Part shown: positions 12,736 to 26,171 of the stretch, one piece after another
Layout: each line of letters opens with the position of its first letter
Numbering within the stretch: the stretch's first letter is position 1
NCBI GenBank assembly: GCA_037447605.1
Contig: CM074823.1
Location: 744,001-808,000 of the forward strand
Reading direction: 5' to 3'
Source of the DNA: Zygnema circumcarinatum SAG 698-1b
Lineage: Eukaryota > Plantae > Zygnematophyceae
Length of the DNA stretch: 64,000 bases
The notes under the pieces: model-generated
Seen by the model: the letters and a program-made list of their open reading frames with translations, nothing else
What the model was told of the DNA's origin: nothing
The model's database searches: none
Position numbers and translations under genes: made by a program

Positions 12736-13676
12736 TTTTGCTTGGATTACGTACGGTCAATAAAATGTTTTCAACCTCTGCCCGACCATCTGGGCAGAAT
12801 AAAAATACGTTTCCGTGCGTAATCGGTCAGCGCCAGCATTGCAGTTCGTACATTTCTGCACTCTACATTCGGGCAGGTCAGGCAATAAACAAAACAGAAA
12901 TTTAGCGGCAAAGTTTTTCCAAAATGAGTCAGTTCTCGTATGGGGATGCGAGCATCTCGTACTTGTTCCGGAAAGTTCAACATTACACATGCCCAAACCC
13001 GTATTACGGTATTTCTGGCAGCGAAGCATGTGTGCGGCGTCAGCATTCACGGGACTACGTGACGCAATGTTAATGGCGTGTTAAGTATGTCGCATTATGG
13101 TTGATGGTAGTCCCGATGCAGCGTGAGCTTTCGCGGTTGTCGTCTGGTTATGCCGGTATTACGTGCCCGTGCGGTTTGTCTTTGTGTTAGCGGTGACGTG
13201 GCTTGGCAAGGGAGAGAGGGAGAGAGGCGAGGAGGGAGGCCGAGGGGAGGAGCAGGTGGGAGGCGAGGGAAGGAGAAGGGAAGGAAAGAGGAGGAGGTGG
13301 AGAGGAGAGAGAGAAACATATTGGTGAGTGGGTAGGGGAAGAGAGAGGGGGAGAGAGGACGAGGTGAGAGAGATAGTGGGAGAGAAGTGAGTGAGAGAGA
13401 GGAAGAGTTGTGAAAGGCAGGGGGAGAGGTAGGAGACAGAGGTAGAGAAGGAGAGAGGAAGGAAGAAAGGGGGAGAGAGAAAGAGAGATTGTGGGGAACG
13501 AGAAGGGCAAGAGAGCAAGGACAGAAGAGACGTTGACCTGGTAGTGGCAGCGGGAGTGGTAGGGGAGGGAGAGAGTGTGTGTGTGTGAGAGAAAGAGAGG
13601 GGGGAGTGGAAAATCACAGGTGCATGGCTGGGCAGCTGTCGCGCTGACGCGCTGAAACTGAACGGAACGGCTTCAC

Positions 13677-16600
13677 ATGGAACAGGTACGTGGAGTTAAA
13701 AGCATTTTTTTTTCACTCTCCTCTCTCCGTGTTCCTTCAACTGTCCCCTTTCTCCCCTGTTCTCACTCCCTCTCTCCCGTCCTTCCATTCTCCCACGCTC
13801 TCTCTCCCTCTCCTCTCACTCTATCCCCTCCCCCTCCCCCTCCCCCTCCTCCTCCCCTCCCCCTCCCCCTCCCCTCCCTCCCCCTCCCCCTCCCCCTCCC
13901 CCTCCCCCCTCCCACTCCCCCTCCCCCTCCCCCTCCCCCTCCCTCCCCTCCCCCTCCCTCCCCTCCCCCTCCCCCTCCCCCTCCCTCCCCTCCCCCTCCC
14001 TCCCTCTCCCCCTCCCCATCAACCCTCCCCCTCCCGCTTCCCCCTCCCCCCTCCCCCTCCCCCTTCCCCCTTCCCCCTCTCCCCCTCCCCCCCCACGGCT
14101 CCCCCCCTCTCCCCCTTCCCTCTCCCCCATCCCTCTTCACCCCCTCCCTCCCTCCCTCCCTCCTCCCTCCCCTCCCCCTCCCTCCCTCCCTCCCTCCCTC
14201 CCTCCCTCCCTCCCTCCCTCCCTCCCTCTCCCTCCCTCCCTCCCACCCTCCCTCCCTCCCTCCCTCCCTCCCTCCTTCCCTCCTTCCCTCCCTCCCTCCC
14301 TCCCTCCCTCCTTCCCTCCCTCCCTCCCTCCCTCCCTCCCTCCTCCCTCCTCCCTCCCTCCCTCCCTCCCTCCCTCCCTCCCTCCCTCCCTCCCTCCCTC
14401 CCCTCCCTCCCTCCCTCCCTCCTCCCTCCCTCCCTCCCTCCCTCCCTCCCTCCCTCCCTCCTTCCCCCTCCCTCCCCCTCCCCCCTCCCTCCCTCCCTCC
14501 CTCCCTCTCCCTCCTCAGCTTCCCCTCCCTCCCTCCCCTCCCCCTCCCTCCCCCTCTCCCTCCCTCCGTCCCTCCCTCCCTCCCCTCCCCCTCCCCAGTC
14601 CAGGGAAGGTCGGAGAAGAGTCGCGAGGGCACGGACTCCCGCTCATCATATGCGGAAGCACGGTGTCGGCGGCGGCGGTAGTCGAGCACGCTGAAGAAGA
14701 TCCGGCTGGAAGGGGAGGGAGCGCTCCCTTGCACCCTGCGCGAGATCGCCCTATTGAAGGAGCTCCGCCACGCGAACGTGGTGCGCCTACACGATGTGGT
14801 GCACGCGGACCGCCGCCTCTACCTCGTGTTTGAGTTCCTCGACCTCGACCTCAAGCGCCACCTCGACATGTGCCCGCACATCGCGCAGGACCACCGTCTT
14901 GTGAAGGTTGGTTGGTTGGTTGGTTGGTTGGTTGGTTGGTCAGCTGGAATTGTTCTCGTGATTAGCATCATCACCAGCATCGAACCTGTGATGATCAATC
15001 ATCACCATAATCATGATCACCATCTTCATCATCAATGGCATCATCATCATCATCATCATCGTCATCATCTTCGCCCCCATGTTTATCATTCCCATCAACA
15101 GTATCATCCTCATTCTCCTCATCACCCTCATGGTTATCCTCCTAGTCACGATGGTTGGCATCATCATGATCATGTTCTGAACCATCATCGTCACTCTCAT
15201 CAGAGACATCTCGACACTACTACCGTCATCGCCATTTTTATCATCCTCACTATCATTACCATCCACATGGCGTCACCATTACCATCCCCATAGCCAAAAC
15301 CCTAACCACTATCATGTCATCTCCATGTCCATACCCGTATCCATACCCATACCCATGCCCATAACCCACTTTCTCTTCCTGCCCCTCTCCTCTACCGCCC
15401 TCATCACTCTGACACCCTTCTCCCTCTTCTTCCTCTTCCACTCCCACTCCCTCACTTTCTCTTACCCCCCCCCTCCATCTTTTTTTCCTTTTTCTCCTTC
15501 ACCTTCCTCCTCCTCCCTTCCCCTTCCTCTCCTTTCCCCCCGGTCCCCCTCTCCCGCACCCTCCCCCTTCCCCTTCCTCTCCCTCTCCCCCCTCCTCTCT
15601 CCTTCCCCCTCCCTCCCACTTTCCCTCTCCCCATCCCCTCCCCCTCCCTCTTCCTCCCACTTCTCCTCACCCCCTCCCTCCTTTCACTTCCCCTCTCCTC
15701 CTCTCCCCCCTCCCCCTTCGCCTCCCCCCTCCCCCTCCCCATCACCTTCCCCTCCCCCCCTCCCCCTCCCTCCTCCTATTCTCCTCCCTCTTCCTCTCAC
15801 TTCCCCTCTCACTCCACCCCCTCTCTCCCTCCTCCACTCCCCCCTCCCCCTCACCCTCCCCCCTCCTCTCCCCCTCCCCCCTCCCCCTCCCCTCCCTCCC
15901 TCTTCCTCCCACTTCCCTCTCCCCCTCCTCTCTCCCTCCCTCTTCCTCCACTTCCCTCTCCCCCTCCTCTCTCCACCCTCTATACACGCCCCTCTCCCCT
16001 TCCTCTCTCCCTCCCTCATCCCACTTCCCTTCTCTCCCTCCTCCCTGATCCTCTCCCCCTCCCCCTCCCTTTCCCCCTCCCTCCCTCCCTCCCTCCCTCC
16101 CTCCCTCCCTCCCTCCCCTCCCTCTTCCTCCCACTTCTCCTCACCCCCTCCCTCCTTTCACTTCCCCTCTCCTCCTCTCCCCCTCCCCCTTCGCCTCCCC
16201 CCTCCCCCTCCCCATCACCTTCCCCTCCCCCCCTCCCCCTCCCTCCTCCTATTCTCCTCCCTCTTCCTCTCACTTCCCCTCTCTCCCTCCACTCCCCTCT
16301 CTCCCTCCTCCACTCCCCCCTCCCCCTCACCCTCCCCCTCCTCTCCCCTCCCCTCCCCCTCCCCTCCCCCTCCTCTTCCTCCACTTCCCTCTCCCCTCTC
16401 TCTCCCTCCCTCTTCCTCCACTTCCCTCTCCCCCTCCTCTCTCCTCCCTCTTCCTCCACTTCCCTCTCCCCTTCCTCTCTCCCTCCCTCTTCATCCCACT
16501 TCCCTTCTCTCCCTCCTCCTCGTCCTCCTCCCCCTCCCCTCCCCCTTCCCCCCCTCCCCCCCTCCTCCTCCTCCCTCCTCCCTCCCTCCCTCCCTCCCTC

Positions 16601-16826
16601 CCTCCCTCCCTCCCTCCCTCCCTCTCCCTCCCCCTCCCCCTTTGCAGTGGTGGCTGGATTTGCGGCACGCGTCTCCACGCGAAGCCACATCTCCTTACAC
16701 GCAAACCTAGAAACCACCAAAACCTACACATGGAGCAGCGCACAAAGAGCCTGAAGCTGGCAGGGACTCAACTCAGAGGAGCATCAGGATACTCATCAGG
16801 ACATTCAGCGCACAAGGTGGGAGAGA

Positions 16827-16910
<84 letters not shown>

Positions 16911-16943
16911 GTCTTTCTTTCTCTCTCTCTTTCTCTTTCTCTT

Positions 16944-16992
<49 letters not shown>

Positions 16993-17019
16993 CTTTTTTT
17001 CTCTCTCTCTCTTTCTTTT

Positions 17020-17062
<43 letters not shown>

Positions 17063-17081
17063 CTTTTTTTCTCTCTCTCTT

Positions 17082-17165
<84 letters not shown>

Positions 17166-19056
17166 TTCTTTCTTCCATTCTTTCTTTCTTTATTAATTTC
17201 AATCTACTAAGTTAAGTCTATTTCAGTGGTTATTTTGATTTTAATATGTTGGGTAATGTATGTTCTGTTTAGTTTTTACTTGGCTTATTTCTTTTTTTTC
17301 TTTTTTTTTTTTTTGAAAGGTTGTAACGCTTTGGTATCGCGCTCCGGAAATTCTTTTGGGGTCGAGTCACTACTCGACACCTGTCGATGTGTGGTCCGTT
17401 GGATGCATCTTCGTGGAGATGGTTAACCAGCGCCCTCTCTTTCCGGGAGACTCTGAAATCGACGAACTTTTTAAGATCTTTCGGTGAGAATACGAAGAAA
17501 GAAAAAAAAAAATGGAAAGAAAAAAAGAATAGGAAGAACAATTCGGTCAGCTCCGACTTCTTTTTCACGTTTCGAAAAAGTTTTGACTTTTTATTGTTTA
17601 CCATTTCTTCGGTTATGTTGCTGTGATTGAAGTTTGTCGGCGATGTCATTGGTTTGATGCTTGTTATTTTGTTGCTATTTTCTTGCTAGCTTGCTTGCTA
17701 ATTTTGCAGATTTCTTTAACAGTTTGTATGAGTCCTGTTTTGTAAAAAAATAGGATTCTTGGAACTCCGAATGAGGAAGTGTGGCCCGGAGTCTCCTCTC
17801 TTCCGGACTTTAAAACGTCGTTTCCGAAATGGTCACCTATGGTGGGCTCACCTGCTCTCTGTCCCTCCCCCCCTCTTTCTCTCTCCCTCTCTCTCTCCCC
17901 TTCTCTCACTCTCCCCCTCTCTCCCTCTCTCTCTCCCCACTCTCTCTCCCTCTCTCTCCCCATTCTCTCACTCTCCCCTTCTCTCCCTCTCCCTCTCCCT
18001 CGCTCCCCTTCTCTCTCTCCCCCTCCCCCTCTCCTTTACTCTCCCCCTCTACCTCTCCCTCTCTCTGTCCCCTTCTCTCACTTTCCCCCTCCCTTTCTCC
18101 CCTTCTCTCACTCTCCCCCTCTATCTCTCCCTCCCTCTGTCCCCTTCTCTCACTCTCCCCCTCCCTTTCTCCCCTTCTCTCACTCTCCCCCTCTGTCCCC
18201 TTCTCTCACTTTCCCCCTCCCTTTCTCCCCTTCTCTCACTCTCCCCCTCTATCTCTCCCTCCCTCTGTCCCCTTCTCTCACTCTCCCTCTCCCTTTCTCC
18301 CCTTCTCTCACTCCCCCTCCATCTCTCCTTTTCTCTCTCCCCTTGTCTCACTCTCCCCCTCCCTTTCTCCCCTTCTCTCCCCCTCTCTCTCCTCCTCTCT
18401 ATCCCCTTTTCTCACTCTCCCCCTCCCTTTCTCCCCTTTTCTCACTCTCCCCCTATCTCTCTCCCACTCTCTATCCCCTTCTCTCACTCTCCCCCTCTCT
18501 TTCTCCCCTTCTCACTCTCCCCACTCTCTCTCCCTCTCTCTCCCCATTCTCTCACTCTCCCCTTCTCTCCCTCCTCCTCTCCCTCTCTAAAGTTCCTTCC
18601 TTTCTGCGAGCCTTCTTGCTTTAACATATGAAGGTAGAAATGTATGAAGTTTTTCCTCGTGGTTCCCCCCCCCCCTGTGAGCAGGACCTGAAGGAGGTCG
18701 CGCCCACAGTGGACCCTCTCGGAATCGACCTCCTCTCTGTGAGCTTCTCTCTCTGAACCCTAATTCCGGAAACTGAAGGGTTTTGGGGGCCTTTTGGGGT
18801 TCTTGGTTTTGGAATTTCAGGGTTTTGGGGCTTATTGGGCCTTGTGGGTCTTTTTGATATTTTTTGTTCTGTTTATCTCATTCTTCTTTATGGTTGTTGT
18901 TTAATCATCATTTCGTCCCCTTCTCCCCCCCCCCCCTGTTTTTTTTTTTTTTTAATTTCCCTTCAGAAAATGCTCATCCTGGACCCGAGCAAACGGATCA
19001 CTGCGAGGGCCGCACTCGAGCATGAATACTTCCAAGACCTGCAACCCGTGACGTGA
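13677..19056 (+). CDS. CDKA: Cyclin-dependent kinase A; exons 2-3 locally garbled
   Basis: Exons 13677-13685 (MEQ, the 9-nt first exon), 14599-14906 (..[41 protein letters not shown]), 16648-16816 (degraded HRDLKPQN / [10 protein letters not shown] / DFG..HE), 17320-17483 ([35 protein letters not shown]), 17754-17841, 18685-18738 and 18967-19056 ([22 protein letters not shown]). The 5' part of exon 2 and exon 3 contain many indels. Confidence 0.92.
14907..15360 (+). repeat. (GGTT)n then (CAT)n-rich simple repeat at the start of CDKA intron 2
   Basis: Repeats start directly after the GT donor at 14907 and produce the spurious His-rich ORF extension. Confidence 0.8.
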
Positions 19057-19285
19057 CGACAACCCAGTTCTATGCTCATTCCGTTACGTTCTGTCTCCGT
19101 TTTTCGTTCCCGTTCCGTTCCGGATCCGTGCCCGTTGCCGTGTTCCGTTCCCTGTCCTTTCCGTGTCCGTCCCGTTTCGTTCCGTCTCCGTTTCGATCCG
19201 TTCCGTTTCGCGTTCCGTGATAGTTCCAGTTTAACCTTTCATCCCTAAACCCTAAACCCTGAACCCTAAACCCTAAACCCCAGCC

Positions 19286-20343
19286 CTAGCACGCGAGGTT
19301 GCAGCGCGAGAAGTCCGCCACGCGGAAGACGCCGCTCGAGGTGAGCGCGTACGCCTCATGGAGCGCGTCCGTGTTCCAGCTCATGACGGACCCAAAGCCG
19401 CCCGCGCTGCAGGGGAGCGGCGAGTAGCTCGCGCAGGCGAGGGCCACTGTCGCCGTAGAGGGCGCTGCGCCCGCGGGGGGGTACACCGTGGCGACCCACG
19501 TAGTGCCTACGAGGTCGCTGTAGAGGTACTTGCCCTGCAAAGCATGCATGCGTGCGTGCGGCCGATGGATGCCCCCCCGAGTAAAGGCACATGCTGTAGC
19601 GTTACACATGTGAAACATGAAACGCTACACATGCTCATGAATGCATGTATGCATGGATGCATGGATGCATGTATGCATGGATGCATGTATATATGATGCA
19701 TGTGTGCATGTACGCATGTATGCATGTATGCATGATGCATGTACGCAATAATGCATACATGCATGCATGTACGCATGATGCATGTATGCATGTATGTGTG
19801 GAACATGTACATTGGACAGGTGGGCCCATTGGGTCGGCAACTATTGGCCAACCATTGTTTGGCAGTGGTTGGCTAGGAATGTTTCGAAAACCATTGGGAT
19901 GGTTGGCAACCATCGACGACCAATGGTTGCAAACATGGGCATCAGATGGTTGGCGACGAGTAAATCCAAGGGCTCGAACCATTCCCAATGCTTGCCTACG
20001 TCTGATGCCAATGGTTCAAATCATTCAAACCATTGGCCATGGTGGACAACCATTGGCAACCATTGCCAGCCAATCATTGCCAACCAATGGTTGGAGTCAA
20101 CCGGAGCAGGCCTCACCTTGATGCAGGAATTCCGGTACGCGCGGTAGACCACACCTCTGTGGCCTTAAATTCCACCGTGAGGAATGCCTTTGATGTTGAA
20201 GCTCGAATGGGCATACTCAAAAGCGGTCTTTGTTTCGATCGTGGTTTTGGTCGACGTGACTTGTACATAGTCGTCCCCTCCATTCTGATTCCTGCCCATA
20301 GTTGCCTCATTTGGAAATGATGTCGACCTCCTCACGAGAATTG
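19286..20343 (-). pseudogene. HIPL1: HIPL1-like (glucose/sorbosone dehydrogenase family) gene, 3' fragment with stops and a frameshift
   Basis: The last exon 19286-19534 is intact (GKYLYSDL..ACASYSPLPC..FGSVMSW..YALTSSGVFRVADFSRCNLAC*), matching the plant HIPL1 C-terminus. The upstream exon 20117-~20343 reads EEVDIISK*GNYG (TGA 20307-20309), then shifts frame to AFEYAHS..GI*..GVVYRAYRNSCIK (TAA 20165-20167), and is cut off at the Copia 5' LTR. Confidence 0.8.
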
Positions 20344-21185
20344 CGTAATTTTAAATTTAAGAATTATGCATTCAGTTAAGTGGGTACCTGGATTCAGTGG
20401 AATTAAAAATGTAGTTTTGGTTTACGAGGTCTGGAGGGCTGAAGGTAGAGCTAGGGTCGAACTAGTGTCAAGCTTCGGGATTCCAGAGGGTGGTATACAA
20501 AGGAACCACCGGGAGGCCGCCGGAAATCGCCAGAGAGGAGCCGTCGGAACAAGTCCGTACCGAATGTGAGCGGCGAATTTGGCCGGCCGGGTTCGAAATG
20601 GCGGCGAATTGACAATGGCGATGGCGCTGGCGCAACCTAAGAGCTGGCGTGGCGTGTGGCCAGCATAATAAAGGCATTAATGGCGTGACGAAGCGAAGGC
20701 GGCGTGGCGTGGCGGGCGTGCGAAGCTGGCGGTGGCATTAAGCTGAAAATCAAGCGAGTGTGTGCTAGTCGCTCTTGAATTATTGTGCTAGTCGCGGGGT
20801 TAATGATAAGCCCATGGTTGTTGCTTTTGGGAAGTATAAGACCGGAGGAGAACTTTGAGACTTAACTACAGTGTAGACTGCGGCGTGGGTGTAACTTGCG
20901 GAATGTGGTGGAGCCTCACGGCTTGAGGGTGGTAGTCTTGTATTTCGGGTAGAGTCAGGAGGGCTCTTGGCACGCGCGGCAGCCTTCGATCTGAATTTAG
21001 AGTTTTTAGGCGTTGTGCTTTCTCTTAATTCATTTCTTTTACATTACGTCTTTCATTCTTTGCTTGGGGCTGTTTGGCATGGTGAATGCGTAGCCTTCAC
21101 TTAAAGGTGGCGTCTCTCTAGCGTCACAAGCGTGAGAGATAATATATGAGGAGAGCATCCTCCAGACTGAGAGCACCGTTCAACA
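20342..21185 (+). repeat. Copia 5' LTR (left edge uncertain, 20342-20410)
   Basis: Aligns with 25382-26171 from about 20410 onward (e.g. AGTGTCAAGCT, GTACCGAATGTGAGCGGCG, GGAGAACTTTGAGACTTAAC) and ends in CAACA. Confidence 0.85.
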
Positions 21186-24100
21186 AGAGTAATTATCAGG
21201 TATTTGGACGGGCCGGGAAGGTGAAGGCGATTCGAGGAAAGTTAGATGTAGTTGTTTACGGCACTAACACTACAAGGCGTGGAAGTGGCGAGATGAAGAT
21301 CTTACGCTGAAAAGCCAAGGACCTTTGGAGTGGATTGATGGCTGGGAGGAGAGACCAACCTCCGGTCACGAAGCCAAGGAGTGGCTCGAAGAGCGGGAAG
21401 CTCGGGCCCTCTTTGCCCATAACCGTGGTGGTACCCAGGTCCGTTAAGAACTAGAAACTAGTGCTGAAATATGGACGGTTTTACGGCGGGTGTATGATAG
21501 GCGTCTGAGACAAGCTATTTGTCCACTTATATTGAGAACTAGGCAAGCGAAAATGGCGAAGATGAAGAAGCCGGTGATTATATGGAGAAGTTGATAGCTT
21601 GATGCAGGTTTGCTATTCTTGAAACCGTGATTTGAATCATCGGATCATTGTCTTTCTGTTGGGTCTACGGAAGAGTTTGACTAACTTGGTCGTTTCCATA
21701 AATCATTACTCCCAAGTTGCAAAGCTACTTGAAGTGAGCGAGTTGGGAAGGGGTGAAGATGATGATGAGACTCTGAAAGGAGAAAGGAGGCTAAGGGAGA
21801 AGGCGACAAAGATCTTTGGCTCGGATAGATTCGACATAAGCCAAAGGGATGAGGAGACCCAAAATGACAAGGTGGCCAGGCAAGAAAGAACTTGAGTTGT
21901 TACAATTGTGGAATTTTGCATTTTGAGGGACCAATTGCACGGAGCCGAATAAGGACGTACCAGTGGGCGGGCGCTTCTGAGCGACTGCAAGGAGAAGGTC
22001 AAGGAGCTTGTTACAAATGTGGGAAGTTTGGCACTCAAGGCAAAGCGTCACGACGGCAATTACGACCTTAAAGAATGCATTGATTGTTGAAGGCGAGTAT
22101 TCAGAATTTGTCAATGGAATCCACGTGAAGGATTGAGGCTTGAACCTTGATTGATTCGGGGGCATCCAATAATGCGTGGATGAGTCACTCTTTATTGGAG
22201 AAGAAGGCGTTACTGACATGCACTTGGTCTGTCTCTCTTGCCTTTGGAGATGGTGTTGAGGTGACTCCAAGGAGGATCAGTCGAGTTGGAGATTGCTCAA
22301 TGAGGAATTAGCGGGGCGTGTGGTAGCAGGAATATTATACACGCTCGGGACTGCGAGAATAATTTCCTTTACGTGAGTGGATGCGAGAATTTGCAAGGTG
22401 TGGTTTTGACAAAAGTAATCAGTTGACGGGAATACCAGGAAGACCCTTTTGAAGGCATGCAAAAGAATGGCCTTTACTTTCTAGAATTGGGGGAGGAGGC
22501 GGTTGAGTGGTCAAAATGCAGTTCTGAGAGGATCCCAAAGTTCGGCTTTGGCACCCATGACCCAGGACACCTTGGATCATAGGGGCTGAAGCGCCTTCTT
22601 GAGGATGAAGCGGTTAGTGGAGGGGCTATGGGCACTTAGGAGGGGCCACGATTCAGGGGAGAAGGAACCAGGAGGTTTACCCGAAAGGTATCCAAATGCC
22701 GGGGAGAAAAGAAGCTCCATCAAGGAGCGACCAGTTTGGATAAGGAGCAGGCGCAAATTTCTCGTGGCTGGAGGCTGGGTTGCGGGCTTGTGTGGCCCCG
22801 TGTCCCCTGAGTAAAGGTGGGGCAAGATATTTCATCCTTTTCTTGATATTTGCTCCAAGGAAAGTATAGATTGAAAATTACTCACTAAGAAATCGGAAGC
22901 CTTTGATGCTTTTAAAGGTAACCGGAGAGAGAGCGGGATTGAAGTTGAAGACTCTTAGGTCGACAATGGTGGGGAGTACACTCTCATGATTCGAGAGACT
23001 ACGAAGTCACAGGGGTAAACTACGAGTTCACTTGCACCCTATTCTCCCTCCCGGGCAACCCAGGCTGCCGAAGGATGAACGATTTGGGAGACATGGCGGA
23101 AACGATGTTGAGTGAGTAAGCCATTCCGTTGCTTTTTTGAGAATTAGGAAGCCTATATATTCGAAATAGGTGCCCATACGCTTTGAAGGATAGAGTTCGA
23201 GAGGAAGTGTGGGCGGGCACTAATGACGTCGCGGCATCTTAGGTGTGGGGCTCAAAGTGTTTCATTCTTAGTCCCAAAGCTTGAGGCTTGAAGTCAGTTC
23301 AGTCTACGTGCGGTGGAAGGCTATTTTCTTGGCTATAATGAAGATAGTCCGACTTGGTATTTTGGAATCGGTCACCAAGCGAGGGTAGGGGAAAGTCGTG
23401 ACTTGACAATGCAGAAATTCAAGCATACGAAAAGTTAGGCGTGGAGAAGGGCGTGAACACGGCAGTTTAGTGTTTTCCATGGTTCGGTGTGAAGGAGAGT
23501 GGGAGGTGGGTAGGAACGGATATTGAGGCAGCCCACAATGGGCGGGAGTCATGCAACACTGGGCCTACCGAGGCCCAGTGAGATGGGATTCACCCGAGGA
23601 GGGAAGACTTGCGGTGCAGCCAGCAGGCGAGTCAAGAGAAGGCGAAAAACTTAGCTAACCTCTGAGCGTTGGTGTTTCGACCTACCAAGCAACCTGGCTG
23701 GTTGGCAGAGCTTCCTGTAACCCTCTTGGAAGATGGCGAGAAAAGAAGAAGAAGGTTAGGACACCTAGTGACTGCGTACTGCCGAGAATAACAACTGCAT
23801 GATGGGCACATTTAGAACCTCAAGCTGTGGAGAAGCTTTGAGGTGAAAATTACGAAAAGTGGAGGGTGGCCATTGATAGTGAGCTAAGCAGCCTGGAGTA
23901 AAATGGTACGTGGAGATTAGATTAGCTTCCTAAAGGTAGGAAAGCTATAAGAACGCAAATGGGTGTTCAAGGTGAAGCACAAAGTAGGATGGGGCGTGGA
24001 TAAACTTCAAAGAAATTTGGAAGCTGGTGGCAAGGGTATAGCCAAGGAGGGATAGATTACTAGGAGACCTTTGCACCCGGTGGTAAAATTCAATATCTTA

Positions 24101-25381
24101 AACCATATTTCCAGCCGTGAGAAGGTACGTATCATGTTGATATTAAGACTGCATTTCTCTGTGGGGATCTTAATTGAAGAGATCTATATGGAGGAACCGG
24201 AGGGCACGGGAGTAGCGAGGCAAGGAGCACCTTGTATGCAGGCTGGTGAAGAGCCTTTACGGGCTCAAGCAGGGACCCCGGATCTGGTACCAAAAGATCG
24301 ATGATCTTTTGCTGAGGAGTGGATACAATCGCTTCCAATCGGACCACTCAGTCTACAGAAAAGGTACCGGGAGAGAGCTTTTGTATGTGGGCATTTACGT
24401 TGATGATCTGATCATTATTAGTTCTTCCGTGGAAAGCATTGAGTTTGAAGGACTTGATGAAGAACTTTGGTCATGAACTTAGGGAGGCTCAATACTTATT
24501 AGAATTCAGCTCAAGAGGGCCGGAATGTGATTTGTTCCTTAGTCAAGAAGAAGTATGCAAAGGATGTCTTGGCTAAGTCAAGAATGAACAAATTACTCGT
24601 ACAAGTCCCATGGATCCTTCCCGGAGAGGCTTCGTGACAATGTCTTGATCCGTGAGAAGAAGTGAAGAGGAAGTGGGAGGCGGTTCCTCTAGTCAGCCAT
24701 CAGACTTAATGTACTTGATGATAGGCTGTGGAGCTTGGCTAAGGCTGATTACTTACCGGCGGTACATGGAATTTCGGGGGAAGGCATTGGGGAGGCGTCA
24801 AGAAGGGATCTTCAAGTTCTAAGGGGACTCTTGGTATGGGATCAGAAGTTTGAAGCCCGGGAATGGAAGTGAGTGTATGGTTATACGGATCACGTTAGAG
24901 GGGCTGGCGTAGAATACGGCGAGATCTACCTGCGGCTGCCATTCCTTGAATAGTGGGGGAGTGGTGACTTGGAGCTCAAGCTCCGAGGATTGATGGCGCT
25001 CTCTCTCAGAAATCTTGAAGATACACATGGCGGCGATGCCATCTTTGGCAAAGAAGCGGCACCGTTGCGGCGAGTTCTTTGAAGAGTGTGAGAGGCCTCA
25101 AACTCCCTTGCGGTTTGTTTACGGATAACCAGTCCTCAATGACTTTGATGCAAAATCCAGTTTTTTTCCTGAGAGGTCAAAGCACATAAGAATTGATTAT
25201 CATTTTATTAGAGTGAGCTTGTGGTTGAAAAGGAAGAATCATTTTGTAGCTTATATTTGTGTACGAAGACCGAGGCGGCGGACATGCTCACAAAAAGGGG
25301 TCAATGGAGGCGTTGTGGAAAAGCAATGACATGCTCTTAAGTTGGGGGGCCTCAAAGGAACTATAAGTACCGAGAGGGGAG

Positions 25382-26171
25382 TGTTAGTGTACATTAGTTA
25401 ATTAGTACATAGTTGATGAGTGCATGTGTTTGTTTGGGGGTGAAAGGGCTAGGCGGGGCCAGAGAGCTAGGAGTCGAAGCCCAGTGTCAAGCTAAGGAGT
25501 TGAGAGGTGTGCATAAAGACACCGGGCCTTGGTACTTGAGAGGCCGTGGGAACAAGAGTCAGTACCGAATGTGAGCGGCGGTTTGTGGCTGACCCGGGTT
25601 GGCAATGTTGTAGATGATGTGGCGTGGCGCGTGGCGCCAACCTAAGGCGTGGCGTGGCATAATAAATGGCGTGACGAAGCAGTGGCGTGGCGTGACAAAC
25701 GTGCAAGTAGCGAGCAGCGTGGCGAAATCAGCGTGAGTGTGTGCTAGTCGGCTCAGTGTGTGCTAGTCTTGAGGGTTAGTAATTAAGCCCATAGTTTGTT
25801 GCTTTGGAAATATAAGTTCAGAGGAGAACTTTGAGACTTAACCACGAGTGTAGACTTCTGAAGCAGTAGGTGTAGCTTGCGGAATGGTGGAGCCTCACGG
25901 CTTGAGGGTGGTAGTCTTGTAGTGGAGTAGAGGAGTGCGGGGAGGGCTCTTCTTTGCGCTTGTACTTCAATCTGAATTTAGAGTTTTTTAGGCGTTGTGC
26001 TTTCTCTTGAATTCATTCTTTCTCTATTCTGTCCTTTCATTCTTTGCTTGGGAGCTGTTTAAGCTTTGTGAGTGAGATGTGCTTCCTTAAGGTGGCGTCT
26101 CTAGTCACTGGCGTGGAGAGATGTCCTCATCAGAGGCATCCTCCAGCAGGACAGGGGGCACCGTTTCAACA
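25382..26171 (+). repeat. Copia 3' LTR
   Basis: Begins TGTTAG immediately after the PPT and ends CAACA (TG..CA). Confidence 0.9.

Larger units (their letters stand above)
20342..26171 (+). mobile_element. Ty1/Copia LTR retrotransposon, full domain order but heavily frameshifted
   Basis: Similar direct repeats of about 0.8 kb at both ends, both ending ..GCACCGTT(T)CAACA. Internal remnants in Copia order: gag N-terminus (AKDLW ~21310), CYNCG zinc knuckle (~21897), protease IDSGAS (~22150), WHLRRGH (~22628), integrase SDNGGEY (~22960), RT (ETFAPVVK, KSLYGLKQ, YVDDL; ~23950-24430), RNase H (TDNQS..KHI ~25120-25210). PPT GAGAGGGGAG at 25372-25381. No clear PBS or TSD. Confidence 0.93.

Noticed and set aside
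14907-15293. His-rich extension of the CDKA ORF
   Set aside because: It begins at a GT donor and is a (CAT)n repeat; kinase homology resumes in later exons.
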